The notes under the pieces: generated by a model
Told to the model about the DNA's origin: nothing
Databases searched by the model: none
Seen by the model: only the letters and a program-made list of their open reading frames with translations
NCBI GenBank assembly: GCA_964534375.1
Contig: CAZHPN010000079.1
Span: 1-25,346 of the forward strand
From: an uncultured bacterium
Lineage (GTDB): Bacteria; Lernaellota; Lernaellaia; Lernaellales; Lernaellaceae
Direction of reading: 5' to 3'
Length of the DNA: 25,346 bases
Shown: piece after piece, positions 16,190 to 24,633 of the stretch
Layout of the letters: each line of letters begins with the position of its first letter
How positions within the stretch are numbered: the stretch's first letter is position 1
Position numbers and translations under genes: made by a program

Positions 16190-18514
16190 TCAATACCCGT
16201 AGCGCGAGCGGCGGCGCCGTTTTTTCTTCTTCGAGCCGCCCTCGGCGTAATAGTAGTAGTACGAATAGTAGCCGTAGTCGTACCGGTAGCCGGCGTAGAT
16301 GTTGTTGGTGACGATGCCCAGCAGCCGCGCGTTCACCTTTTCCAGCAGGTCGAGAGCGCGGTTGACGCCCGAGGCGCGGCTGCGGCCCAGTTCGACGACC
16401 AGCAGCGTGCCCTCGACGACCGACGAAAGGATCGCGGCGTCGGTCACGGCCACGACCGGCGGGCTGTCGAACAGGATGAGCTCGAATTCCTGGCGCATCT
16501 CGGCGATCAGGTCTTTCATGTGCTGGCTGCCCAGCAATTCGGTCGGATTCGGCGGAATCGGCCCGGAGGGGATAACCGACAGATTCGGAATCTTGGTCGC
16601 CGTGGTCACGTCGCGCCACGATTTCTCGCCGAGCAAGACGGTGGTGAGGCCCGGATCGCGCTCCATCTCGAAGATGTTCTGGACGTTGGGTTTGCGCAAG
16701 TCGCAATCGACCAGCAGCGTTTTGCGGCCGGCGTTCGCGAAGGTCAGCGCGAGGTTGGAGACGATGGTCGACTTGCCTTCGCTCGGTCCCGCGCTGGTGA
16801 CCAGCAGCGTCGTCAGCTTGCGGTCCGGGTCGGCGAACTGGATGTTCGTGCGCAAGGTGCGAAACGCCTCGGAGATCGGACTCTTCGGGCTGTAATGCGT
16901 GACGAGGCTCGACGACGCGAGGCCGACGGCGTCGTCGTCTTTGCGCGAATCCGGAATGCGGGGAATGATGCCGTAGATCGGCTTGCGGACGAAACGCTCG
17001 ACCTCTTCGATCGACTTGAGCGAATCGTCGATGAACTCCAGGAAAAACGCGACGCCGATCGAAAGCAGCAGGCCCGCGACCGCGCCCATCAGCAGATTGA
17101 GTTTGATGTTCGGGGCGATCGGCGACCGCGGCGTCACCGCGTTGTCGATCGTGCGGATGGCGCTGATCGTCGAGGCCATGACGATTCGCGACTCTTCCTT
17201 TTTCGTAAGCAGGAAGGTGTAGATCTGCGCCGTCACTTCGCGCGACCGCGTCAATTCGGCCAGGTCGCGCTCGACGCTGGGCAGGCTGCTGATCGTCTTG
17301 CCGAACTGGGCGATGATTTCATCGAGTTTTTGCAGCCGCGTGTCGACCGACGAGATGGTTTCTCTCAGAATCGCCTGAATCTGCAAACCGACCGCCGCCA
17401 GTTGCCGGTCGAGCGCTTGCACTTCCGGGTGAACTTGCGTGTAGGTCGTCATCATCTGGCTCTTGCGCGACTTCAAATCGGCGACCACCGAACTCAGGCC
17501 CGAAAGGACCGAATCCTCCGCCGACGACATGCTCGGCAGCGCCAAACCCTCGACGCCATTTTTCTTCACCTCGACAAGCATGCCCGCGTATTTAAAGCGT
17601 TCGATCTGCAACTGCGAACGTTGCAATTCGAATTTGGCCACCGAGTCGATCAGCGAACTCGCCTCGGTGCTGAGCATCATGATGCCCTTTTCCTGCTTGT
17701 ACTTCTGCAATTCGTCTTCGCTGCTGGACAGAATGCCGCGAATGACGTCGAGTTGGCTTTCGATGAAATCGACCGTCTGCTTGGCTTCGCGGCTTTTCTC
17801 GGCCACGTTCAGCGTCTCGTAGACTTCGACGGTCTTGTTGACGATGTCGCGCGCCAACGACGGGAACTGGCTGCGGTACGCGATCTTCACGATCTGCCCG
17901 CTGTCGCCCATTTCCGCGACGTTGAGGTTCTCCTGCACCAGGCGCACCGTGGAGTCGAACGGCCGTTGCACAAACTTGAAGGCGGACCCGGCGTGCGGCG
18001 GCTTGGCGAGGTCAATGTCGAATTCCAGACCCGCCGCGTGGAACCCGTTTTGAAAATCGCCTTTGCCGAGCGAGGCGCCTTTGTACGAGACCTCGAATTG
18101 CCCCTGATCGTTCAGGAACGTCACTTGGTAAACCTGGCCCTGATTGTCCGCGGCCAGTTCGACGTTCTTCAGCGTCGGCTCGATTTTCTCCGTGTGGCTC
18201 AGCACCGCGAGGTCCAGCCGCAGTTCGCGCACCACGGCCTCGGCCATCGTCCGGCTGTGAATGATCTGCATTTCGGCGGCGATCGGGCTTTGGCGGTTGG
18301 CCTTGACCAGTTCGTTCAGCACGGCGTTGCCGGTCTGTTCTTCGCGAATCTGGACGACGGCAAACGCCTCGTAAATCGGCGTCATCAAGAACGTATGGAT
18401 CAGGACGGCCGCGAATACCGACAGGAACGTCAGCAGGACCACGATCCGCCGGCGAAAAAGCACGCGGAAGTAATCGGAGACCTGCACTTCTTTGGCGCGG
18501 TAACGAAGATCCAT
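16190..18514 (-). CDS. wzc: Polysaccharide co-polymerase / tyrosine autokinase (Wzc/GumC family)
   Basis: Two TM helices with a coiled-coil periplasmic region; SEAFRTLRTN, Walker A GPSEGKS, LVDCDLRKP, LFDSPP; C-terminal Tyr cluster. Confidence 0.93.
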   Translation of the reverse strand: MDLRYRAKEVQVSDYFRVLFRRRIVVLLTFLSVFAAVLIHTFLMTPIYEAFAVVQIREEQTGNAVLNELVKANRQSPIAAEMQIIHSRTMAEAVVRELRLDLAVLSHTEKIEPTLKNVELAADNQGQVYQVTFLNDQGQFEVSYKGASLGKGDFQNGFHAAGLEFDIDLAKPPHAGSAFKFVQRPFDSTVRLVQENLNVAEMGDSGQIVKIAYRSQFPSLARDIVNKTVEVYETLNVAEKSREAKQTVDFIESQLDVIRGILSSSEDELQKYKQEKGIMMLSTEASSLIDSVAKFELQRSQLQIERFKYAGMLVEVKKNGVEGLALPSMSSAEDSVLSGLSSVVADLKSRKSQMMTTYTQVHPEVQALDRQLAAVGLQIQAILRETISSVDTRLQKLDEIIAQFGKTISSLPSVERDLAELTRSREVTAQIYTFLLTKKEESRIVMASTISAIRTIDNAVTPRSPIAPNIKLNLLMGAVAGLLLSIGVAFFLEFIDDSLKSIEEVERFVRKPIYGIIPRIPDSRKDDDAVGLASSSLVTHYSPKSPISEAFRTLRTNIQFADPDRKLTTLLVTSAGPSEGKSTIVSNLALTFANAGRKTLLVDCDLRKPNVQNIFEMERDPGLTTVLLGEKSWRDVTTATKIPNLSVIPSGPIPPNPTELLGSQHMKDLIAEMRQEFELILFDSPPVVAVTDAAILSSVVEGTLLVVELGRSRASGVNRALDLLEKVNARLLGIVTNNIYAGYRYDYGYYSYYYYYAEGGSKKKKRRRRSRYGY

Positions 18515-18517
18515 GGT

Positions 18518-19561
18518 TTACGGCTGTCTCTGCAACGAGGTGACGGCCGCCGCGTCGACGACGACCTGGCTGAGATTCGGCAACAGCAGGCCGAGCACGC
18601 GGTCCCACTTCGCCAGGCCGCTGGCCGGCACGAAAATAATGTCGCCGTCCTGCAAGAACGGCACGTCGGGTTTCTTGCCCTGCAGAATGTCGTTGTAATC
18701 GACGGTGTACACTTTCGGGTTCGCGAGATTGCCGCGGATCACCTTGATCTCGCGCTTGTACGCCGTCACTTCGTTGAAGCCGCCGGCGTCGGCGATCGCC
18801 TCGGTCAAGCGCAGCCGCCGCGCGAGCACCGGCACGGCCGTCGGCCGCAGCACCTCGCCCAGCACGTAGACTTTGGCGTTGTCGATGTTGGGCAGAAAGA
18901 TGATGTCGCCGTCGGCAAGCAGCAGATTCTGGCTGACGTCGCCCCGTTGGAAGAGGGCGTAGAAGTCGACCGGCACCACCGTTTTGGCGCGGATCAAGAA
19001 GGCGTTGCCCAGGTTCGCTTTTTCGGTCGGGCCGCCGGCGCCGGCGACGCCTTCCAGCAGCGTCGTGGTGGCGCGGACGGGGTAAATGCCCGGACGATAC
19101 GTCTGCCCGAAGATGTAGAAGACCTTGCTGGCGTACTCGGTGATTTCGACGTCGACCTGCGGATCGCGCAGCACGCGGCCCAATTTTTCCACCAGCAACG
19201 CCTGCAATTGCACGAGCGTCAGACCGTTGGCCATCAGGTTGCCGGCCAGCGGCATGAAGTACGTGCCGTCGGGCCGGATGCGGCCTTCCTTGCTCAGGTC
19301 GATCCGTCCCCAGACGGTCACTTTCACTTTGTCTTCCGGGCCCAGCGTGTAGTCGGCGCGGCGCTCGCGGATGTGATCCACCAAGCTGCGGGCGTTGTCG
19401 CGCAACGCCTGCGAGTCATCGGGCGCGGCGGCGTTCTGCCACCAGTCGTCGCCGGCCTCCGGCGACGCGTTCGGCTTCGACCGCCCGGTCTCGCACGCGG
19501 CGAGCCAGCCCGCCGTCAGGAACAGGAAGAGGAACAGGATAACTAACGAACGACCTCTCAA
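18518..19561 (-). CDS. wza: Polysaccharide export lipoprotein (Wza/OPX family, SLBB repeats)
   Basis: Lipobox LAAC; YTLGPEDKVKVTVW, IRPDGTYFMPLAG, LRDPQVDV, LADGDIIFLP, LQDGDIIFVP; TTG start with GAGGAGG RBS. Confidence 0.9.
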   Translation of the reverse strand: MRGRSLVILFLFLFLTAGWLAACETGRSKPNASPEAGDDWWQNAAAPDDSQALRDNARSLVDHIRERRADYTLGPEDKVKVTVWGRIDLSKEGRIRPDGTYFMPLAGNLMANGLTLVQLQALLVEKLGRVLRDPQVDVEITEYASKVFYIFGQTYRPGIYPVRATTTLLEGVAGAGGPTEKANLGNAFLIRAKTVVPVDFYALFQRGDVSQNLLLADGDIIFLPNIDNAKVYVLGEVLRPTAVPVLARRLRLTEAIADAGGFNEVTAYKREIKVIRGNLANPKVYTVDYNDILQGKKPDVPFLQDGDIIFVPASGLAKWDRVLGLLLPNLSQVVVDAAAVTSLQRQP

Positions 19562-19591
19562 CGAGCCTCCTCGTTCGGCCTACGATTCTTT

Positions 19592-19621
19592 ATTATGCCA
19601 CAAGACGGCGAAGCATTGCAA
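19592..19621 (-). promoter_or_regulatory. Putative promoter of wza-wzc, TTGCAA-N18-CATAAT with extended TG
   Basis: About 30 nt upstream of the wza start. Confidence 0.5.
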
Positions 19622-19678
19622 AAGGTCGGAACACGCGAACGGAAATCGGAAGCGAGGCAAGGTTCAGACGGCCCGCGT

Positions 19679-20305
19679 TCATAGACCGGCGTCGTGCGCC
19701 ATGCGCAACATTTCATCGAGCAGGGCTTTGAGCCGCGGGCATTTGTCGCGGGCCAGATCGGGGTCCAACTCTGCGAACAGGCAGACGCCGTCAATCACCT
19801 TCTTGTAATGTTGCTTGGTTTTGTCGAGGTACAACCGTTCGAGGAGCTTTGCGGGCGGCTCGTCGAAGTTGACGGTTTCGGGGTTCGCACTTTTGGCGCC
19901 GAGCGCTCGTCTAACCGCAACGGGAAGCCCCTCAGATCCGGCCAGCAACCAGGCTTCCAGTTCGTGGACGGCAAAGTGCTGAGAGAACCGCCTGTTATTG
20001 ACCTGCCGCTCCACACGCGCCTTGGCCCACGAATAGCGGTCGTCCGCGGTCTTTTTGTCAGGCGGATAAAACGTCGGACCATAAAGGTCGAGAAGGCCAA
20101 TGACGCCGATTACTTCCCGGCCCGACGTGCCTGCGAGATGAAGTTCGACTTTTCTGCAAATATGCTTTTGATAGCTTGGCCATCCCCTGAGATCGAAAGC
20201 ATCGATCCTCACGCGTTGGCCGAGTCTCGGGTCGAGCCACCGTTTCAAGAACGAAGGAAGCGCCCGGCGTTCGGTTTCGCCCTCGACGAAAAGAACGAAT
20301 TTCAT
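19679..20305 (-). CDS. DUF4276-like (RloB/TOPRIM-like) protein
   Basis: N-terminal FVEGETE, GLLDLYG, HELEAWLL, NPETVNFDEPPAKLL, C-terminal KCPRLK; ATGA overlap with the ATPase stop. Confidence 0.8.
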   Translation of the reverse strand: MKFVLFVEGETERRALPSFLKRWLDPRLGQRVRIDAFDLRGWPSYQKHICRKVELHLAGTSGREVIGVIGLLDLYGPTFYPPDKKTADDRYSWAKARVERQVNNRRFSQHFAVHELEAWLLAGSEGLPVAVRRALGAKSANPETVNFDEPPAKLLERLYLDKTKQHYKKVIDGVCLFAELDPDLARDKCPRLKALLDEMLRMAHDAGL

Positions 20306-21450
20306 TCCATCGCCTCAAGCTCGCCGGACCGATACAGCGCGCCGAGGCTGTACTCTTTCAGCCAACGCGCGAGCTCGTCGCCCTCGATGATGGAAAGCTT
20401 CGTCTCGCCGTCTTCCCAGCGGGCGACCGTCGTCGTGGGCGGATTGTCGCCAAACGCATCGAGCAACTGCGGGGAGTGCGTCGTCAGAACGACCTGGCTG
20501 CGGTCCGCGGCCTGTCGGGCAAGTTCGGCCACCAGCGGCAGCATGGCCGGATGCAGGCCCGCCTCGGGTTCGTCAATCGCGATGAGTTCGCCAGGGTCGG
20601 GGTTGCCCAGAATCGCCAGCAGCAGCAGAAAACGCATCGTGCCGTCGGACAGATCGGCTGCCGATTGAATGCTGTTTAATGATCGCCAGCGAAGACGAAG
20701 CTGAACGCGTTGGTCTGCGGCGGGCGGGAACGACAATTCCTCAAAATCCCGCCCAAACGCGGCGGTCATCGCCCCGTCGACGTCTTTCTTGAAATTGCGG
20801 TCACTCGAATAGAGCGTATGGAGAACCGGAATGAGGTTCTGGCCGTCCGCCGCAACTCTTTTTTCGAACCGTGCGACCGTCGGCCGTCGCATCTCGGCGT
20901 CCTGGTCCACATGAAGGTCGTGAAAAACGTTCCAACTCGCGAGCCTATCGCGAAAAGCCGAGAGCAGAGGGTTGCCGAATGGCCCGGCCGCCAGCGACAG
21001 CAGGGTTTGTTCATCGGGAACACTGCCATGGAGGCCCGAGACCTGATGCCCCTGTGAGTTGCGTTTGAAATAGTATTCCGGGTCCTTGTATTCTCCGTTG
21101 CTGAGCGACTCGCTCTCCACGCGATACGCGCTTGTATGGCCGAGTTGCTGCAAACTCAGCGCGTAGGTGAGAGCCTCCGTAGCCGCATCGCGCATTACGT
21201 TGATGGGTTCAGTCTTGACGATCCAATCAAGGGACTCGGCCTTTCCGTCCCACAGAACAGCCGCGATTCCGCCTTGCTTCAGAATATCTTTCGGCAGATC
21301 GCCCATGGCAGATCGTTGCAGAAGGGCAAGGGCGCGCAGCAGGTTGGACTTCCCCGATCCGTTCGGTCCGATAACTACATTTAGTTTTCCAGGTGTCCAC
21401 CTGATGTCCTTGAGCGAACGATATCCTTTAATGCTGAGAATCTGAATCAC
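20302..21450 (-). CDS. ABC/SMC-type ATPase (AAA_21/AAA_15-like)
   Basis: IKGYRSL, Walker A GPNGSGKS, signature LSDG, Walker B IAIDEPE, LHP, H-loop TTHSP; no TM segments; GTG start with AGGAG RBS. Confidence 0.92.
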   Translation of the reverse strand: MIQILSIKGYRSLKDIRWTPGKLNVVIGPNGSGKSNLLRALALLQRSAMGDLPKDILKQGGIAAVLWDGKAESLDWIVKTEPINVMRDAATEALTYALSLQQLGHTSAYRVESESLSNGEYKDPEYYFKRNSQGHQVSGLHGSVPDEQTLLSLAAGPFGNPLLSAFRDRLASWNVFHDLHVDQDAEMRRPTVARFEKRVAADGQNLIPVLHTLYSSDRNFKKDVDGAMTAAFGRDFEELSFPPAADQRVQLRLRWRSLNSIQSAADLSDGTMRFLLLLAILGNPDPGELIAIDEPEAGLHPAMLPLVAELARQAADRSQVVLTTHSPQLLDAFGDNPPTTTVARWEDGETKLSIIEGDELARWLKEYSLGALYRSGELEAME

Positions 21451-21534
21451 GCTTTGGCTCCTTTGCAGAACCGCAAGCCTGGTGGGAATAACTTTACCGC
21501 TCCGATTTTTCCCAGATGTTCGAGCATGGCCGCA

Positions 21535-21564
21535 AGTTTATGCCCGCCTCGCGCCGGCCGTCAA
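21535..21564 (-). promoter_or_regulatory. Putative promoter of the ATPase module, TTGACG-N18-TAAACT
   Basis: Between the tatC stop and the ATPase start. Confidence 0.45.
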
Positions 21565-21605
21565 ATACGGATTGCGTCGGGCTTGCCGGGGGCCGGGGCT
21601 CTTTG

Positions 21606-22427
21606 TCACGCCCCCGGATGTTCTTCTTCCGCGGTCGCTGGCGCGGTTTTCTTCTTGCCGAACAACCAGACGAGCAGCACGCCCAGAAAATACAGGCCGA
21701 CCATCGGGATGCCGAGGCTGGCCTGGCTGACCACGTCGGGCGTGGTCAGCATCGCCGCGAGAATGGCGATGATCACGATCGCCCAGCGGAACGCCCGCAA
21801 CAACTGCCGCGCGTCGACGACGCCCATGCGGCCGAGCAGAAACATGACCAGCGGCAATTGGAACGACGCGCCGAAGGCGATGATCATCGTCATGGCGAAC
21901 GAGAAATACTCCTTCGTCGAAATCAGCGCTTCGAGCGTTTCGCTCCGGTAATTCGCGATGAGGACCTGCAGGGCCATCGGAAACATTTCGAAATAGCAGA
22001 ACAAGCCGCCGATCGTGAACAGCAACGAACCGGCGGCGACGAACAGCAAGAGAAAGCGTTTCTCCGTCGAATACAACGCTACCCAGACGAAGCGGCCGAG
22101 AAAGTACATCCAGAACGGCGTCGAGAGCAGCAGGCCGGAAAAAAAGCCGACCTTCATGTACGTCAGCAGGCCCTCGGGCGGCGACGTGAAAATCAACTTT
22201 TGTTCGTGGCCGATGGTCTTGTAGACCTCCCACAGCGGCAGCGTCAGAATGCGGAAGATGTCGGGCGAAAAATACATGGTCGCCGCGGTCGCGACGAAAA
22301 TGGCGATCAGCGAGTAGAGCAACGCCGTGCGGAGTTCCGCCAGGTGCTCGATGATGCCCATCGAGCCGCCGGTCTGCTCCTCGGGCGTCTCCTCCGGCGG
22401 GGGCTCCAACTCGGGGACGTCGCTCAA
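21606..22427 (-). CDS. tatC: Twin-arginine translocase subunit TatC
   Basis: IEHLAELRTAL, IFTSPPEG, AFGASFQLP, AAMLTTPDVVSQ; 6 TM. Start TTG 22427 overlaps the tatB stop; a later ATG is possible. Confidence 0.96.
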   Translation of the reverse strand: MSDVPELEPPPEETPEEQTGGSMGIIEHLAELRTALLYSLIAIFVATAATMYFSPDIFRILTLPLWEVYKTIGHEQKLIFTSPPEGLLTYMKVGFFSGLLLSTPFWMYFLGRFVWVALYSTEKRFLLLFVAAGSLLFTIGGLFCYFEMFPMALQVLIANYRSETLEALISTKEYFSFAMTMIIAFGASFQLPLVMFLLGRMGVVDARQLLRAFRWAIVIIAILAAMLTTPDVVSQASLGIPMVGLYFLGVLLVWLFGKKKTAPATAEEEHPGA

Positions 22428-22918
22428 GAATGCGGCTCCTTGCCGGCGTCCGGGGGCGGCAGGTCGTTGCCGGTCGTCGACAGGTCCGCGGCGGCGGGCG
22501 TCGCCGGCGGGGCCGCGTTCGCCGGAACGTCAGCCGCGGCGGGCGGGGCCGCGGCGGGCGAGGGGGACGGCGCATCGGCCACGGCAGCGGTCGAGACGGT
22601 TTCCGGCGTCGGCGGGGAGGGCGGCGGCGCGGCAATTGCCGGAACGGCGGCGGCTGGCTCTTTTTCTTCGTACGGCTGGCGCGTGTCCGGCGGTTTCCAG
22701 GGCGGCCGCTTATTGGGTCCGACGATGGATTCCTCGGCTTCCATTTCGATGCGCCGCAATTCCAGGTTGATTTCGCGCTGGATGATCGACATGTGGTGCC
22801 GCGCCCAGGCGTACGCCTTGCCCATCTGGCGCGCCACCTTCGGCAGGTTTTTTGGCCCGACGACGACGAGCGCCAGCACCAGCACGACCATCATCTCGCC
22901 GAAACTCATCCCGAACAT
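22424..22918 (-). CDS. tatB: Twin-arginine translocase subunit TatB
   Basis: MFGMSFGEMMVVLVLALVVVGPKNLP, amphipathic helix, Pro/Ala-rich tail; coupled to tatC. Confidence 0.88.
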   Translation of the reverse strand: MFGMSFGEMMVVLVLALVVVGPKNLPKVARQMGKAYAWARHHMSIIQREINLELRRIEMEAEESIVGPNKRPPWKPPDTRQPYEEKEPAAAVPAIAAPPPSPPTPETVSTAAVADAPSPSPAAAPPAAADVPANAAPPATPAAADLSTTGNDLPPPDAGKEPHS

Positions 22919-22956
22919 CGTACACATCCCCCCGGGGCCAGGCGGCCCGGATGCGG

Positions 22957-22985
22957 AAGGTATCGCCATGACCGAGGAGTGTCAA
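22957..22985 (-). promoter_or_regulatory. Putative promoter of tatBC, TTGACA-N17-TACCTT
   Basis: Perfect -35, 17-nt spacer, TAnnnT -10. Confidence 0.6.
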
Positions 22986-23028
22986 TCAGCCAAAATCCGC
23001 GCCAGTCGCGTCGGTTCGGAATTGACGC

Positions 23029-23973
23029 CTATTCGCAAAGCCGTTCCTGCGCGCGGCCGCCCTTCACCGCCAGCGACAGATATTGCCGTCCGCGCATTCC
23101 CAAATCTTGCGCCCGCGGCAGCCCCGGCACATCGCCGAACCCGAACCCCGAGAGTTCGTAGCGAAAGGCCGCGTAGATCTGCAATTCCTTGTCGGGCCAT
23201 TCGGCCCGAATCGGATTGAAGCCCGCTTCCCGCACCGCGTTGAGCGCGCAGTCGTCGAGCGCACGGCGCCCGCTCGACTGCGACACCGTCGCCTCGCTGA
23301 CCTCGCCATTGCGCTGAATCGTGAAGCGCACGTTGACGACGCCTTGCTCGCGCCCGCGCACGGATTCCCTCGGATAGACCCACGCGAGGCAGATCTTGTC
23401 TCGCATGTGCGCGAAATAGCCCAGATAACGGATTTCTCTGACCGAAATCGAGATCGCCTCGCCCGGTTCCGCGACGTTTGGACTGTACCGATTGACCCCG
23501 TCCTCGCCCCCGGCGCCGCCCAGCGGCGCCGGCATTCCGGCGCGCGCGAGCATCTCGTCGACTTTGCGGTTCAAGCCGTCGCTGGCGCCGCTGTTCGCGT
23601 TTGGCGCGCCGGCGGCCCCAGTCGCGCGCTCGCCGACGCCCTCGCCGATGGCCGGCATCGGCGGCAGGCGGACGCTGTTGTGGTCGGCAAAATCGACCGC
23701 CGCGTTCTTCTTGGAATCCAAGCCGCTCGGCGGCAGGCGGTCGAGATTCGTGTTGACCGGCAGGTTTCTTGCTATTTCCGCCAGCGTTTCTGCGTCGATG
23801 TTGGCCAGGTCGAAGTCGACCGTCTGCGGCTGCGCCGGCGCGCGGAAACCCAGGAGCCCCGAATAGAAGAGGACGACGATCCCGATATGGACCAGCACGG
23901 ACAGGGCGATCGCGACGCCGACGATCCGCCGATCACGATGATCCCGCACTTGTTCGCGCCCGCCCGTTTGCAC
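23029..23973 (-). CDS. TonB-family energy transducer (TonB_C domain)
   Basis: TM helix with SVLVH (SxxxH), WVYPRES, QGVVNVRFTIQRNGEV, SSGRRALDDCALNAVR. Start is GTG 23973 or 23949. Confidence 0.85.
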   Translation of the reverse strand: MQTGGREQVRDHRDRRIVGVAIALSVLVHIGIVVLFYSGLLGFRAPAQPQTVDFDLANIDAETLAEIARNLPVNTNLDRLPPSGLDSKKNAAVDFADHNSVRLPPMPAIGEGVGERATGAAGAPNANSGASDGLNRKVDEMLARAGMPAPLGGAGGEDGVNRYSPNVAEPGEAISISVREIRYLGYFAHMRDKICLAWVYPRESVRGREQGVVNVRFTIQRNGEVSEATVSQSSGRRALDDCALNAVREAGFNPIRAEWPDKELQIYAAFRYELSGFGFGDVPGLPRAQDLGMRGRQYLSLAVKGGRAQERLCE

Positions 23974-24007
23974 ATCCCACCCTGCGAAATTTCAAACTTC
24001 GCTCGGG

Positions 24008-24037
24008 ACTCTACAGGGCATGTTTGCGCGATAGCAA
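24008..24037 (-). promoter_or_regulatory. Possible promoter TTGCTA-N18-TAGAGT
   Basis: Upstream of the TonB-family gene; moderate match only. Confidence 0.3.
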
Positions 24038-24139
24038 TGGGGCGGCGCCGACAGCGGTTTTCATCGCGCGCGCTGGTTGGGCAGCGCGCGGCGGCGGCGC
24101 ATCGCCCGGCAGAACAAACGAAGCGGGGTGTCGGTCCGT

Positions 24140-24589
24140 TCAATCCTGGCGTTGGAAGACGGCCCCGTTGAGCCCGAGCGCACGACCGTCGCAGGGATCG
24201 CTTTTCAGCGTGGTCTTCAGCGTCGTCGCCGTTACGTCATACGTGTATTCGCCGACCTGGGACGATGGGCAGGCCAGTTGTCCCGACGTGTCCGTGAAGT
24301 CGGCCGTGCAGCCGTTCAGCGCGATCGTGCCGTAGACGTCGTACGCCGTGTCGTTGACGCCGACCGCGTGATACGTCAGGTCGCTGGCGATCGTCAACGT
24401 CAGCGCCGCGGATTTCCAAGTCCCCGGAATCAGGCTCGGCGAACCACAGCCGCTCGCATCGTCGTCGGCGGGCGACGCGTCATCGTCGCCGGATTTTGCG
24501 GAGCTGCTGCTGCCGCCGCACGCCGCGAACAACGCCAGCCCGATGCCCAAAAGCAGAACGATCGGTACGTATTGCTTGTGCGCGAACAT
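24140..24589 (-). CDS. Hypothetical lipoprotein with acidic linker
   Basis: Lipobox FAAC, GDDDASPADDDAS linker, small beta-rich domain (IPGTWK, GEYTYDV, DPCDGR); GGAGG RBS. Confidence 0.8.
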   Translation of the reverse strand: MFAHKQYVPIVLLLGIGLALFAACGGSSSSAKSGDDDASPADDDASGCGSPSLIPGTWKSAALTLTIASDLTYHAVGVNDTAYDVYGTIALNGCTADFTDTSGQLACPSSQVGEYTYDVTATTLKTTLKSDPCDGRALGLNGAVFQRQD

Positions 24590-24633
24590 CGTCAAGAATC
24601 CTCCTTACGCGAACGATTGGTGATTGCCGAATG

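Noticed and set aside
15995..19546. 1183-aa + strand ORF
   Set aside because: Antisense shadow of wza-wzc; the strong GC3 bias removes stops, and it has no recognisable motifs.
19643..21508. Imperfect inverted repeat AAATCGGA(A)GCG flanking the ATPase module
   Set aside because: Only about 11 bp with an indel, no target duplication or transposase; compatible with chance.
3277..22983. Shared 11-mer CGAGGAGTGTC at about 3277 and 22973
   Set aside because: Too short, with no extended similarity; plausible by chance in 25 kb.
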